This document shows, in pieces, positions 17,008 to 25,406 of a stretch of 32,000 nucleotides of DNA. Both the position numbers and the translations under genes were made by a program. The notes beneath the pieces are model-generated. The model was not told the DNA's origin. It saw nothing but the letters and a program-made list of their open reading frames with translations, and made no database searches. Every line of letters begins with the position of its first letter. The stretch's first letter is position 1. Source of the stretch: Nostoc punctiforme PCC 73102 (lineage in GTDB: Bacteria > Cyanobacteriota > Cyanobacteriia > Cyanobacteriales > Nostocaceae); the NCBI RefSeq assembly GCF_000020025.1, contig NC_010628.1, positions 1,950,001 to 1,982,000 on the forward strand. The letters are read 5' to 3'.

Positions 17008-18897
17008 ATGATGCAGACATTTTTCAACTATCCTTTCCAATCTAATGGTTTTATTCCCCACGGACATTGTTATCTCTGGCAAACTGGATTAGTTTGGCTC
17101 CACATTATTTCTGATGCTACGATCGCTCTGGCTTATTATTCTATTCCCTTCCTACTGATTTACTTTATTTCCAAACGCAAAGACGTTCCTTTCAATGGAG
17201 TTTTTTTGTTATTTGGTGCTTTTATCATTGCCTGCGGTACTGGACACTTAATGGATATTTGGACGCTTTGGTATCCAGACTATTGGATTGCAGGTGGTTT
17301 AAAAGCTTTAACTGCCATTATTTCAATATACACGGCATTTGCGTTATTTTACCTCATGCCTCAAGCTTTAGCACTACCCAGTCCAGACCAGTTAGAGGCT
17401 ATTAATCGAATACTTTCAACAGAAATTGTCGAGCGCAAGCGTATTGAGAAAGAACTACGTCAAGCAGAAGAAGTTGCTCAAAACTCTAGCCAAGCCAAGA
17501 GTGAATTTCTGGCCAATATGAGTCATGAACTACGCACACCTCTTAACGGTATCCTGGGCTATACACAAATTCTCCAACGCACAGAATCTTTAAGTGAAAA
17601 AGGACGCAAAGGACTCAGCGTTATTTATCAATGTGGTTCTCATCTTTTAACCTTAATTAATGATGTCCTGGATCTCTCCAAGATCGAAGCCCGGAAGTTG
17701 GAATTGTATCCTGTTGATTTCTACTTGCCTGCCTTTATAGATAGCGTGACTGAAATTTGCCGCATCAGGGCAGAACAAAAAGTCATCGCATTTAACATTG
17801 AAATCGATCCTAATTTACCAACGGGTATTCATGGTGATGAAAAACGCTTGCGGCAAGTACTGATTAACTTGCTTAGTAATGCCATGAAGTTTACTCATCA
17901 AGGCAGTGTTACTTTCAAAACTCAGGTCATCAATCAAGAATCAAATGCTAATGGAAAAACTAACTACAAAATTCGCTTTGAGGTAGTAGATACTGGCACT
18001 GGCATAACCCCTGAACAAGCCGAAAAAATATTCCAGCCCTTTGAACAAGTGGGAAGTCAGAAACGACAATCTGAAGGTACAGGCTTAGGATTAGCAATCA
18101 GTCAAAAAATTGTTTTGTTGATGGGTGGTCAAATTAAAGTGCAAAGTGAATTTGGCAAAGGTAGCACTTTCTGGTTTGAGGCAAACTTGTCAGAATCTAA
18201 AGACTGGGCAAAGGTTTCTAGAGTAGTTGAGCAGGGAACTATTATTGCTTATCAAGGAAAAAGGCGCACCATTTTGATTGCAGATGATAAATGGGAAAAC
18301 CGATCGGTAATTGTAAATTTACTAGAGCCAGTTGGGTTTACTGTTGTAGAAGCTAGTAATGGTCAGGAAGCATGGGTACAGTCCCTAGCCCACAAACCAG
18401 ATATGATTATCACTGATTTAGTGATGCCGATATTGGATGGATTTGAGTTAATTAGGCGTTTGCGTCAGTCTGGGGCATTTAAAGAAATTCCGATCGTCGC
18501 TTCGTCAGCAAGTGTGTTTGCAGTCGACCAGCACAAAAGTATTGATGTAGGTGCAGATGCCTTTTTACCAAAGCCTGTAGAAGCTGAAAATCTACTGGAA
18601 ATGCTACGACAGTTTTTGCAACTAGAATGGATTTTTGACGCTAAGGTAGACGCTATCAAAAAAAATTCTCAAGATAGTTCTAATCAACACAATGAGATGA
18701 TTCATCCTAGCAAAGATGTTTTGCAAGAGTTACTCGAACTATCACAAGATGGCGACATTCAAAATATTTTAGAACTGGCTGAAAAACTTTCTGCATCTGA
18801 TGAGAAACTAAACATGTTTTCCCAGCAGCTCATGCAGCTTGCTAGTAATTTCCAACTCAAACGTTTGGAAACTTTTATTGAAAAATACATCAATTAA
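17008..18897 (+). CDS. Hybrid sensor histidine kinase/response regulator with an ethylene-receptor-like N-terminal transmembrane domain
   Basis: The track ORF starts at 16957 (non-ATG); the tandem ATGs at 17008/17011 are the likelier start. Three predicted TM helices align with Arabidopsis ETR1 residues ~20-115 (details in findings). HisKA H-box FLANMSHELRTPLNGILGY (His codon 17524-17526). HATPase_c: GDEKRLRQVLINLLSNAMKF, DTGTGI, GTGLGLAIS. REC: ILIADD...DMIITDLVMPILDG...KP. Then a ~90-aa helical tail. Confidence 0.88.
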   Translation: MMQTFFNYPFQSNGFIPHGHCYLWQTGLVWLHIISDATIALAYYSIPFLLIYFISKRKDVPFNGVFLLFGAFIIACGTGHLMDIWTLWYPDYWIAGGLKALTAIISIYTAFALFYLMPQALALPSPDQLEAINRILSTEIVERKRIEKELRQAEEVAQNSSQAKSEFLANMSHELRTPLNGILGYTQILQRTESLSEKGRKGLSVIYQCGSHLLTLINDVLDLSKIEARKLELYPVDFYLPAFIDSVTEICRIRAEQKVIAFNIEIDPNLPTGIHGDEKRLRQVLINLLSNAMKFTHQGSVTFKTQVINQESNANGKTNYKIRFEVVDTGTGITPEQAEKIFQPFEQVGSQKRQSEGTGLGLAISQKIVLLMGGQIKVQSEFGKGSTFWFEANLSESKDWAKVSRVVEQGTIIAYQGKRRTILIADDKWENRSVIVNLLEPVGFTVVEASNGQEAWVQSLAHKPDMIITDLVMPILDGFELIRRLRQSGAFKEIPIVASSASVFAVDQHKSIDVGADAFLPKPVEAENLLEMLRQFLQLEWIFDAKVDAIKKNSQDSSNQHNEMIHPSKDVLQELLELSQDGDIQNILELAEKLSASDEKLNMFSQQLMQLASNFQLKRLETFIEKYIN

Positions 18898-18927
18898 TTT
18901 CAGTTAAATTCCAATTTCTAATTCATC

Positions 18928-20193
18928 ATGATCAAACCCCTAAATCACGAATTTATTTTAATTGTGGATGATAATCCGACAAATTTATCTGTCCTGTGTG
19001 CAGCGCTCAATAGTGAAGGTTTTCGTTTCCGTGTTGCAGTCGATGGAGAAACTGCGATTGCCCAGGCTGAACGCAATCAGCCAGAGTTGATTTTGCTGGA
19101 TGTACAAATGCCGGGTATTGATGGATTTGAAACTTGTCGTCGTCTTAAAGCCAATCCTGCCACCCAAAACATTCCGATTATTTTCACTACTGCTTTGGCG
19201 GATACAGAAAGCAAAACGAAGGGATTTTCTCTTGGCGCAGTAGATTATATCCCTAAACCGTTTGCACAAGAGGAAGTCATTGCGAGAGTGCGCGTACATT
19301 TACAGCTCAAAAAATTGACTGAATCTTTGGAACAACAAGTTAGCGATCGCACAAAGGCTTTGCAACAAGCCCAAGTCCAATTGGTACAGCAAGAAAAACT
19401 ATCAACACTCGGAGAGTTAATCGCTGGTATTGGCCATGAAATCAACAACCCCATCAATTTTATTTCCAGCAATATTCCACCCTTAGAAGAATACATTGCA
19501 GGAGTAACCGAGTTGCTCCTACTGTATGAACAAGAGTATCCCAACCCAACAGCTAAAATTACTACTGCGATTGAAAGATTGGATCTGAACTTCGTTCTCG
19601 AAGATATGGGAAAAATTGTGAACTCACTTCAACTAGGAAGTGAACGAATTCAAAACCTTTCTAATTCACTCCGCAACTTTTCTCGTTCGGATAGCGATAC
19701 AAAAATACCTGCTGATTTGCACCAAGGGCTAGATAGTACACTAATGATTTTGCAACACCGCCTCAAAGCTAATGGCGAGCGTCCCAGTATTGAAGTTATT
19801 AAAAGTTATGGAGTATTGCCAGAGGTAAATTGCTATCTAGGGCAAATGAATCAAGTATTTATGAACATTTTGGCAAATGCAATTGATGCCCTTGATGAAG
19901 CTATAATGCAAGGCAAAATGAGCAATCTAATTCCTGAGATTAAAATTGCAACAGAGGTCGATTCTGAACAATTAGTTATAATTCGGATTGCTGATAATGG
20001 AATTGGTATTCCTGAACGGCTTAAAAAACGCTTGTTTGAGCCGTTGTTTACTACAAAAAACGTTGGGAAAGGCACCGGACTTGGCTTGTCGATTGCTTAT
20101 GAAATAGTTGTAGAGAAACACAAGGGTGTATTAGATGTAAATTCTCAACCAGGTACAGGAACCGAATTTACCATCAAAATTCCTATAGAATAG
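18928..20193 (+). CDS. Response-regulator receiver fused to a histidine kinase (REC-HK)
   Basis: 421 aa. REC: ILIVDDNPTNL...LILLDVQMPGIDGFE...KP. Coiled coil, H-box GELIAGIGHEINNPINFI, and ATPase boxes [26 protein letters not shown]. It starts 30 nt after the upstream hybrid kinase. Confidence 0.9.
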   Translation: MIKPLNHEFILIVDDNPTNLSVLCAALNSEGFRFRVAVDGETAIAQAERNQPELILLDVQMPGIDGFETCRRLKANPATQNIPIIFTTALADTESKTKGFSLGAVDYIPKPFAQEEVIARVRVHLQLKKLTESLEQQVSDRTKALQQAQVQLVQQEKLSTLGELIAGIGHEINNPINFISSNIPPLEEYIAGVTELLLLYEQEYPNPTAKITTAIERLDLNFVLEDMGKIVNSLQLGSERIQNLSNSLRNFSRSDSDTKIPADLHQGLDSTLMILQHRLKANGERPSIEVIKSYGVLPEVNCYLGQMNQVFMNILANAIDALDEAIMQGKMSNLIPEIKIATEVDSEQLVIIRIADNGIGIPERLKKRLFEPLFTTKNVGKGTGLGLSIAYEIVVEKHKGVLDVNSQPGTGTEFTIKIPIE

Positions 20194-20287
20194 AAGCATT
20201 TAATTAATTACAAAGCTGCTCTAGCATTTATCATACTGGAGACAAGAAAAAATTTCTCTAATACCTAATCACTAATTTCTATATAGA

Positions 20288-20749
20288 GTGAATCCAATTT
20301 TAGATCCTCAATTAATGGTAGAACGCATAGAATCCCTCAAAGCTGGAATAGTTGGAGGTTTCTCTGTGTGTTTTGTTTTTGTACTTCTCAGTGCTTTGAA
20401 TACTTTTGTACTAGCAAAGTATTTTCAGAACCTTGCAAGTCTGCACAGTGATGTTAACTGGCACTTGTGGGTGAGTGGTGCAATCGCAACTTTTAGTGGC
20501 TTACTATTTGGTGTCACTTACCGCTATATCATCCGCTCAGATAAAAATCCCCAACTTAAAGCTGGTGGGGTTCTGGCCTTTGGTTTGGTGCGGGGATTGA
20601 CTCAGATAGAGCTTGGGTTGAATTCAAATATCACAATTTGGTCTTTTTTGGTATTAGCGGCAGAAAGTTTATTGTGGTTTGTGTTTGCTGCGATCGCTCT
20701 TGATTTTGCGATTAAACTCCGTTGGGTTAAACCTTTTTCATCAATCTAA
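20288..20749 (+). CDS. Hypothetical 4-TM membrane protein
   Basis: 153 aa with a GTG start (alternative ATG at 20315) and four hydrophobic segments. No recognised family. Confidence 0.5.
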   Translation: MNPILDPQLMVERIESLKAGIVGGFSVCFVFVLLSALNTFVLAKYFQNLASLHSDVNWHLWVSGAIATFSGLLFGVTYRYIIRSDKNPQLKAGGVLAFGLVRGLTQIELGLNSNITIWSFLVLAAESLLWFVFAAIALDFAIKLRWVKPFSSI

Positions 20750-20824
20750 ATTCCTTTCTCTAAGTCTACTAGTCGCATATAGATCAATATGGTTCATTTA
20801 AGGCTAATAGTCTTTGTCAAAGTC

Positions 20825-21000
20825 ATTTTTTAACGTAGACGCGGAGCGACTTTCCGCAGGCTACCGCAGAGGCACAGAGAAGCCAGTGCGTTGGGGAGAC
20901 AGCGCCGTGGGCGGGTTTCCCGACTTGAGGCGACTGTCGTCGGGTTCCCCGACTTGTAGCAACTGGCGCGACACAGAGAAAAGAAAGAGAAGGAAAAAAT
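20825..21000 (-). repeat. Long variant of the dispersed repeat family (reverse orientation) with an internal 29-nt tandem duplication
   Basis: TTTTTTAACGTAGACGCGGAGCG...CGCAGAGGCACAGAGAAG is the reverse complement of the CTCTGTGCCTCTGCG...GTTAAAAAA theme. The tandem units are GGGTTTCCCGACTTGAGGCGACTGTCGTC (20913-20941) and GGGTTCCCCGACTTGTAGCAACTGGCGCG (20942-20970). Confidence 0.6.
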
Positions 21001-21205
21001 TGCTTAACTGAACTGTATTGGAATATAGATGTGAAATCCTACAAGGGGTTGTGGCGCAAATAGATAAAAAGCTGGAAGCATTACGCTTTTGTAGTATACT
21101 CAATACAATTGGACTACAAGTACTACTTGTGTAATATATTGTGTCAGTTTTGAAAAATAAGTATAAATAATTACTAATATTCGTTCTTAGTATTTCTTCC
21201 CTAAT

Positions 21206-21769
21206 ATGCAAACTAAAATATCCCACTATTATTTGATAGTCGATCTGGAGGCTACGTGCTGTGACAAGAAGACTATTCCTCGTCACGAAATGGAAATCAT
21301 TGAAATCGGTGCGGTGATGCTCAATCGAGCAACATGGGAAATTGATTCTGAGTTTCAGCAATTCATCCAACCTGTGAGACATCCACAACTGACAGATTTT
21401 TGTACCAAATTGACTAGTATTCAGCAGCAAGATGTCGATGAAGCACCAAAGTTCATTGAGGCAATTTCTCGATTTAAAGAATGGATTTGTTCATTTCCCA
21501 ATCATATTTTTTGTTCTTGGGGTAATTACGACAAAAAGCAATTTATTCAAGATTGCGCGTTTCATAATTTCGCTTACCCTTTTACTTCAGAACACATAAA
21601 TATCAAAGAGGAATTCTCAGAATATCTTGGCGTATCTAAAAGATTTGGTATGGCACAAGCTCTCAATGAGCTAGGGATAGAATTGAAAGGTACACATCAT
21701 CGCGGTATTGATGATGCTCACAATATTGCATCTATCTACAGACAGATTCAAAGCGCCAAAATAAGCTGA
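21206..21769 (+). CDS. DEDDh 3'-5' exonuclease (ERI-1/KapD-like)
   Basis: 187 aa. ExoI YLIVDLEATC, ExoII-like FCSWGNYD, ExoIII HHRGIDDAHNIASIY. Confidence 0.75.
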   Translation: MQTKISHYYLIVDLEATCCDKKTIPRHEMEIIEIGAVMLNRATWEIDSEFQQFIQPVRHPQLTDFCTKLTSIQQQDVDEAPKFIEAISRFKEWICSFPNHIFCSWGNYDKKQFIQDCAFHNFAYPFTSEHINIKEEFSEYLGVSKRFGMAQALNELGIELKGTHHRGIDDAHNIASIYRQIQSAKIS

Positions 21770-21843
21770 ATAATGGAACAGCCGTAATGTACCATCTTAA
21801 ACTGTTGCAGTAGATTACGAAGATTGTTGCTATAAAATTATTT

Positions 21844-22233
21844 CTACTCAAAAAGGGTTTTAGAGGAACCTTTTTTATTATTAGGTGAGTATTCAGAACA
21901 ATTCATTGCTTCTCCGGTAAGAACAACAGAAGGATTGACTGCACATTTTAGATAATGATTATTTGAATAAAATCGACAGTTTTTACAGGGGAGTTTGTGT
22001 AAACCGTTAATAGAAATAACCATTTTATCATCGAAAAATGCCCGGATTTTTTGCAATATTAGAAAAAAAACTACCCAACCAATTAGAAAGCCAACAGGAG
22101 ATAAAGATATCGCTAAATCGGGGATGCTTAAGTCATGCGTTTGTGCTTGCTCATTTCTTACTTCACTCAAGTTTCCTTGATGTAAATTACTATTGGCTAC
22201 TAGAGTTTTTTGCAAAATTAGATCGTGATACAT
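21844..22233 (-). CDS. Hypothetical membrane protein with C-terminal CxxC...C...C motif
   Basis: 129 aa with one TM helix (VGFLIGWVVFFLILQKI), then LPCKNCRFYSNNHYLKCAVNPSVVLTGEAMNCSEY. Confidence 0.5.
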   Translation of the reverse strand: MYHDLILQKTLVANSNLHQGNLSEVRNEQAQTHDLSIPDLAISLSPVGFLIGWVVFFLILQKIRAFFDDKMVISINGLHKLPCKNCRFYSNNHYLKCAVNPSVVLTGEAMNCSEYSPNNKKGSSKTLFE

Positions 22234-22907
22234 CTTATTTACCTTTTCCTATATGTATTTACTAACTTGATTTTTGATAGTCGGCTAACTAGAAATTTGG
22301 AACCATAACAAACTTAAAAATTATCCATATTTGTTCATATTAGATATGTAGATATCAAAAAGCTTTGAACAATAAGGGTATTTATGGATTAGGTTGTATC
22401 ATGTGTATTTTAATTAACTAACAATCACTACACAACTGTCAGTAGCACATATTTTAATGTTTACAATGGTTTAATTATAGGTTTAGCAAAATAAGACTTC
22501 GCCTATATCTGCCAAGAGTTTTGCTTGTTATTTTAAGTTATATACCTAAGGGAAGAAATTAGATAATGGACTTATAACTAGATATTTCTATGTTAAGATA
22601 GATCTAAAAATATTCTTAAAATTTTCTAGACATAAAAGCCGTATCAGTTTTCAGCTATTTATTTTATAAAAATTTTGAATGCAACAATGCTTGTATTGGA
22701 AATTTATTAGAGATTTTTTGTTCGCAATGGAGATTTTGGGGTGTGTTAAATAGCCCCATAGACTTGTAGGGATTAATTCTATTGTCTTGAAAATTTTTGT
22801 TCTAATTACCTGATAAAGTAAGATATATATCTGGGTTAAGTGGGCTATCAAATAATAGTCCCTTATCAGATTGCAAGCCAATAATATTGATTTTGAGGCT
22901 ACAATTT

Positions 22908-23705
22908 ATGATAAGATTTTGGCGAAAAAAAATAGTTTTTTTCTTCACAACAATTGTGCTGGCAATTCTGCTAATTTCTCATCAACCAGTACTAATAGCT
23001 GAGGCACAATCTTCTACACCAACACCAACGCCTGCTAGTTCATTTCCCCCTGTGGCTTATCCTAATAGGGCACTAAGTGCTTTCCCTGCACAGCTACCAC
23101 CATTGCCTTATGGTTATGGGGCACTAGGAAAAGCTATTGATGCTGAAACGATGAAATTGCATCATGATGTACACCACGCTAGCTACGTCAAGAACTTAAA
23201 TGATGCATTAAAGCAGTACCCAGATTTGCAAAAAAGAAGTGTTGAAGCTTTATTAGTGGATTTAAAGAGCGTACCTGAAGATATTCGGACAAAGGTGCGT
23301 AATAACGGTGGTGGTCATCTCAACCACACGATTTTTTGGCAACTGATGAGTCCCGACAGTGGTGGACAACCAACGGGAGCGATCGCTCAAGAAATTAACC
23401 AAACTTTTGGCAGTTTTGATGCCTTTAAAAAACAGTTTAACGCAGCAGGTGCTGCTCGGTTCGGTAGTGGCTGGGTTTGGCTAGTACGCAATCCTCAAAA
23501 TCAACTTCAGATTGTTACTACAGCAAATCAGGATAACCCAATAATGGATGGTTTCTATCCGATTATGGGTAACGATCTATGGGAACATGCTTATTACCTT
23601 AAATATCGCAACCGTCGGGCTGAGTATTTGAATAATTGGTGGAATGTTGTGAATTGGCCGCAGATTAACAGACGATCGCAACTTTCATCACAACAACCTC
23701 GTTAG
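22908..23705 (+). CDS. sodA: Manganese superoxide dismutase with N-terminal membrane anchor and Pro/Thr linker
   Basis: The track ORF starts at 22887; ATG 22908 (GAGG 9 nt upstream) is preferred. [17 protein letters not shown], Mn-type [13 protein letters not shown] and [15 protein letters not shown]. The N-terminus has the TM helix [15 protein letters not shown] plus [11 protein letters not shown]. Confidence 0.88.
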   Translation: MIRFWRKKIVFFFTTIVLAILLISHQPVLIAEAQSSTPTPTPASSFPPVAYPNRALSAFPAQLPPLPYGYGALGKAIDAETMKLHHDVHHASYVKNLNDALKQYPDLQKRSVEALLVDLKSVPEDIRTKVRNNGGGHLNHTIFWQLMSPDSGGQPTGAIAQEINQTFGSFDAFKKQFNAAGAARFGSGWVWLVRNPQNQLQIVTTANQDNPIMDGFYPIMGNDLWEHAYYLKYRNRRAEYLNNWWNVVNWPQINRRSQLSSQQPR

Positions 23706-23748
23706 CAATACCATCAAGGATATCAAACCGCCTATAGAAATCTTTACG

Positions 23749-23777
23749 AAGCTACCTGTGGAGGTAGCTTTATTTAT
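23749..23777 (+). terminator. Rho-independent terminator of sodA
   Basis: 9-bp stem aagctacct/aggtagctt (loop gtgg) followed by TATTTAT. It starts 44 nt after the stop. Confidence 0.6.
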
Positions 23778-23806
23778 AGCACTGCTACGCCTCTACATAC
23801 TTTTTT

Positions 23807-23962
23807 AACGTGAGTTCGATAAACCTCTCCCTGCCTTGAACTTGCATTCAAGTCTGTCCCTCTCCGAGTCGGAGAGGGACGGTTTTGCGTAGTAAAACCA
23901 GGGAGAGGTTTCAGTATTTACGCTAATTAGGCGGTTACTAAATGAGCCGTCGAACTCACGTT
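23807..23962. mobile_element. MITE-like, highly structured 156-bp element with 13-bp terminal inverted repeats
   Basis: TIRs are aacgtgagttcga (23807-23819) and tcgaactcacgtt (23950-23962). Second stem: aaacctctccctg (23821-23833) / cagggagaggttt (23899-23911). Inner hairpin: gtccctctccg-agt-cggagagggac (23856-23880). No coding capacity. Confidence 0.6.
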
Positions 23963-23979
23963 TTTTACCAGATGTCTAA

Positions 23980-25296
23980 TTATGAATTACGGATTTTTAA
24001 AGACCGATGTTTAGAACGAACTATGTATAGTAGAACAATTAGCAATACAAGCGCTTTGATCGTTGATGGCTCCACTACCTTCTTCACTTCCGTAGGGGGT
24101 TTAGGAGTAACATTACACGGAATCTCAATGATCTGTGTGCGATCAAAACCATTACCACTAGGAGTCAGATCGCATTCGCCTTTGCTGGTGAGAGACAAAG
24201 GCGTAGGTGGAGGAGTAGGTATAGGTATAGGTGTATTTCCTTGAGAAACAGATGGTTGACCTGAAGAACTATCGCCATCCATTAATAGAATCATCGCTAT
24301 AACAAGAGCTCCAATTCCTAGTGGCCAGAGTGGAAAGGAATCAGGACTATCTGCTACGACGACATCTCCCTCAGAGCCAGGGATATCAAAGGCTATTGTT
24401 TCTCCATCCAACGGTACTGGACTGTCACTAACCAACATATCTCCTGGGATATCTTCTCCCAAAAGCTGATTAAATTCTTCTGGAATCGCGTTGTTGGGTC
24501 GTCCGAGTTCCCCACCATCTTCGGAGTATGGATAAGATAGTAGCTCAAAAACCCTCTTTTCGAGTTGGTTTGGATCTCCAGAATTCAACGCATTTAAGCC
24601 TGTAGAGATTTTATCTATATAAAAATTCGTCATCTCTGGCGACAGACCTAAAGATTGAATTTGCTCCTTAATGTTAGAAATTTTTGAGGCTTCCTCAAAC
24701 AGCAGTCGTCCGTATGAAAATTTCAAGTCTAGTAGTCCATCACGGAGGCTGACCGAGTTATTGCCTCCTGAATATGGAGACCAGTAGAACTGGTTTGTTA
24801 CCAGTCCGAGTCCTTCTACTGGATTGCGACCAAAATGTTGTCCAAGAAGGTATTGAGAGCTATCCATGATTGCGGGGGATTCGTTTCTCCAAAAAGAGGC
24901 GAAAGGCACCACAGACAGATTGGGATTGTTACCGTAAAAGCTAGCAAAATTCTGGAAATTTTTTTCCCCACCGGCTGCTCGAATCAGGAGGTTTTGATAA
25001 GTACTCCCACCGTTTAATTCCACTAATCGTTGGATTACCGATCCAGTTTTATTGCAAGTCAGACCAAATCCCACATTACATCCAGGAATGACTCGCATCT
25101 GATTCAAATTCTGGTTATTGATTTGGTACTGGAGATACTCAGACTCCAATCCTTGTTGGATACCATAGCGTCCAATATTGAGTTGTGCAAAAGCAGACTG
25201 ACAGGTAGTGAGTCCTACTGCAAGAGATGAGAATGCGATCGTTGCAAAACGAACCGCCTTCGATATTACAATTCTTTGAAAAATTGATTTAGGCAA
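23980..25296 (-). CDS. Exported protein with PEP-CTERM-like C-terminal sorting signal
   Basis: 438 aa. TTG start 4 nt after GGAGGTG. Signal peptide ...AFSSLAVGLTTCQSAFAQ. The C-terminus VVEPSTIKALVLLIVLLYIVRSKHRSLKIRNS has the (P)EP motif + TM helix + basic cluster. There is an internal hydrophobic segment (WPLGIGALVIAMILLM) and a Pro-rich linker (TPIPIPTPPPTP). Confidence 0.6.
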   Translation of the reverse strand: MPKSIFQRIVISKAVRFATIAFSSLAVGLTTCQSAFAQLNIGRYGIQQGLESEYLQYQINNQNLNQMRVIPGCNVGFGLTCNKTGSVIQRLVELNGGSTYQNLLIRAAGGEKNFQNFASFYGNNPNLSVVPFASFWRNESPAIMDSSQYLLGQHFGRNPVEGLGLVTNQFYWSPYSGGNNSVSLRDGLLDLKFSYGRLLFEEASKISNIKEQIQSLGLSPEMTNFYIDKISTGLNALNSGDPNQLEKRVFELLSYPYSEDGGELGRPNNAIPEEFNQLLGEDIPGDMLVSDSPVPLDGETIAFDIPGSEGDVVVADSPDSFPLWPLGIGALVIAMILLMDGDSSSGQPSVSQGNTPIPIPTPPPTPLSLTSKGECDLTPSGNGFDRTQIIEIPCNVTPKPPTEVKKVVEPSTIKALVLLIVLLYIVRSKHRSLKIRNS

Positions 25297-25356
25297 GATG
25301 CACCTCCAATAAACGACAGCAATTTAATTGGGCTGGGCATTTGGTATTGGTTCTTC

Positions 25357-25405
25357 TCCCCAATCTCCAGTCCCCAACCCTCAGTCACCAATCCCCATTC
25401 CCAAA
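25357..25405 (+). repeat. STRR-like heptamer tract (7 units, TCCCCAA/G type)
   Basis: tccccaa tctccag tccccaa ccctcag tcaccaa tccccat tcccaaa. This is a circular permutation of the heterocystous-cyanobacterial STRR1 unit CCCCAGT. Confidence 0.65.
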
Positions 25406-25406
25406 T

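Noticed and set aside
18640-18897. Hpt domain in the C-terminal tail of the hybrid kinase
   Set aside because: The tail is helical and about the right size, but it has no HxxKG phosphorylatable-histidine motif. The only His residues are in NQHNEMIHPS, before the helices.
18465-20075. Minus-strand ORFs 18465-18659, 18985-19299, 19245-19544 and 19851-20075
   Set aside because: They are antisense shadows of the two kinase genes.
20814-21430. ORF 20814-21011 (+) and the 189-aa ORF 20861-21430 (-)
   Set aside because: The first is read entirely through the dispersed repeat. The second runs antisense through the repeat and the 5' part of the well-supported exonuclease gene, and has no motif or SD.
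22651-22881. 76-aa minus-strand ORF upstream of sodA
   Set aside because: It has the same character: a chance ORF in AT-rich spacer overlapping the sodA promoter region.
23942-24244. 100-aa plus-strand ORF
   Set aside because: It starts inside the MITE-like element and runs antisense to the 3' end of the PEP-CTERM gene. Its Gly-rich tail is the complement of the Pro-rich linker.
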